Assembly: GCA_046484055.1 (NCBI GenBank)
Contig: JAWOBY010000034.1
Span: forward strand, 1 to 54,822
From: Candidatus Woesearchaeota archaeon
GTDB lineage: Archaea; Nanobdellota; Nanobdellia; Woesearchaeales; UBA12501
Reading direction: 5' to 3'
DNA: 54,822 nucleotides
Shown: positions 54,686-54,822 of the stretch, in pieces
How positions within the stretch are numbered: position 1 is the first letter of the stretch
How the letters are laid out: every line of letters begins with the position of its first letter
The notes under the pieces: generated by a model
The model's database searches: none
Seen by the model: the letters and a program-made list of their open reading frames with translations, nothing else
Told to the model about the DNA's origin: nothing
Translations under genes and position numbers: made by a program

Positions 54686-54822
54686 TCAGTTTCCTGAGGG
54701 TTTGATAAAGAAGTAGAATGCCTCTGCTCCTGAGACTGATACTGCGGTTACTATGATTCCTGCAATAAGAACGCCTATAATGGCTGCATAGAATGACTTC
54801 CTGTATCCCAGGCCTATGAGGT
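54686..54822 (-). CDS. Partial CDS (C-terminus of a membrane protein; the start lies beyond the window end)
   Basis: The frame is open from the window edge (LIGLGYRKSFYAAIIGVLIAGIIVTAVSVSGAEAFYFFIKPSGN) with a stop at 54686-54688. Confidence 0.4.
   Translation of the reverse strand, partial: LIGLGYRKSFYAAIIGVLIAGIIVTAVSVSGAEAFYFFIKPSGN

Overview
Gene-dense archaeal chromosomal segment. The archaeal assignment rests on archaeal-type uS12, proteasome beta, aCPSF1/FttA, CDP-archaeol synthase, ATP-dependent DNA ligase, class III (prepilin-like) signal peptides, BRE/TATA promoters 25-30 nt upstream of start codons, and a multi-intron tRNA. Truncated or split genes (Hel308 without RecA1, Dph2 fragment, frameshifted hisB) suggest a reduced, DPANN-like genome, but that is inference only.

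Main blocks:
(1) 467-5444: secreted Lon/S16-type protease, two KaiC-like ATPases, and a divergently transcribed P-loop-less KaiC-like paralogue with a membrane protein.
(2) 5708-14535: a translationally coupled Epd/Tad-like type IV filament operon. It encodes five proteins with pilin-like N-termini, a lysine-rich wHTH protein, the secretion ATPase and a platform protein split into two genes.
(3) 14604-18252: SpoIIM-like membrane protein and a 925-aa surface protein built from the same two-Cys Ig-like modules as the 516-aa pilin.
(4) Housekeeping genes: rps12, psmB, aCPSF1, prs, lig, map, signal peptidase and hisS.
(5) 27529-27881 and 41396-41640: three tRNA genes (Ile with two introns, Asn, Arg). 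Two of them are preceded by ~140-nt elements that start with a copy of the tRNA 5' end and share a conserved hairpin.
(6) 28852-31256: polar-lipid head-group cluster (psd, pssA, DUF212, carS).
(7) 45454-48173: a bacterial-type queuosine module (tgt, queA, queH).
(8) 49813-51457: a hisG-hisE fusion followed by a hisB broken by a 47-bp tandem duplication.

Other notable items are a coiled-coil plus lamin-tail-domain protein, an HPr-like domain fusion, and an orphan promoter followed by tandem hairpin repeats at 210-400. No rRNA genes, CRISPR array or transposase were seen.
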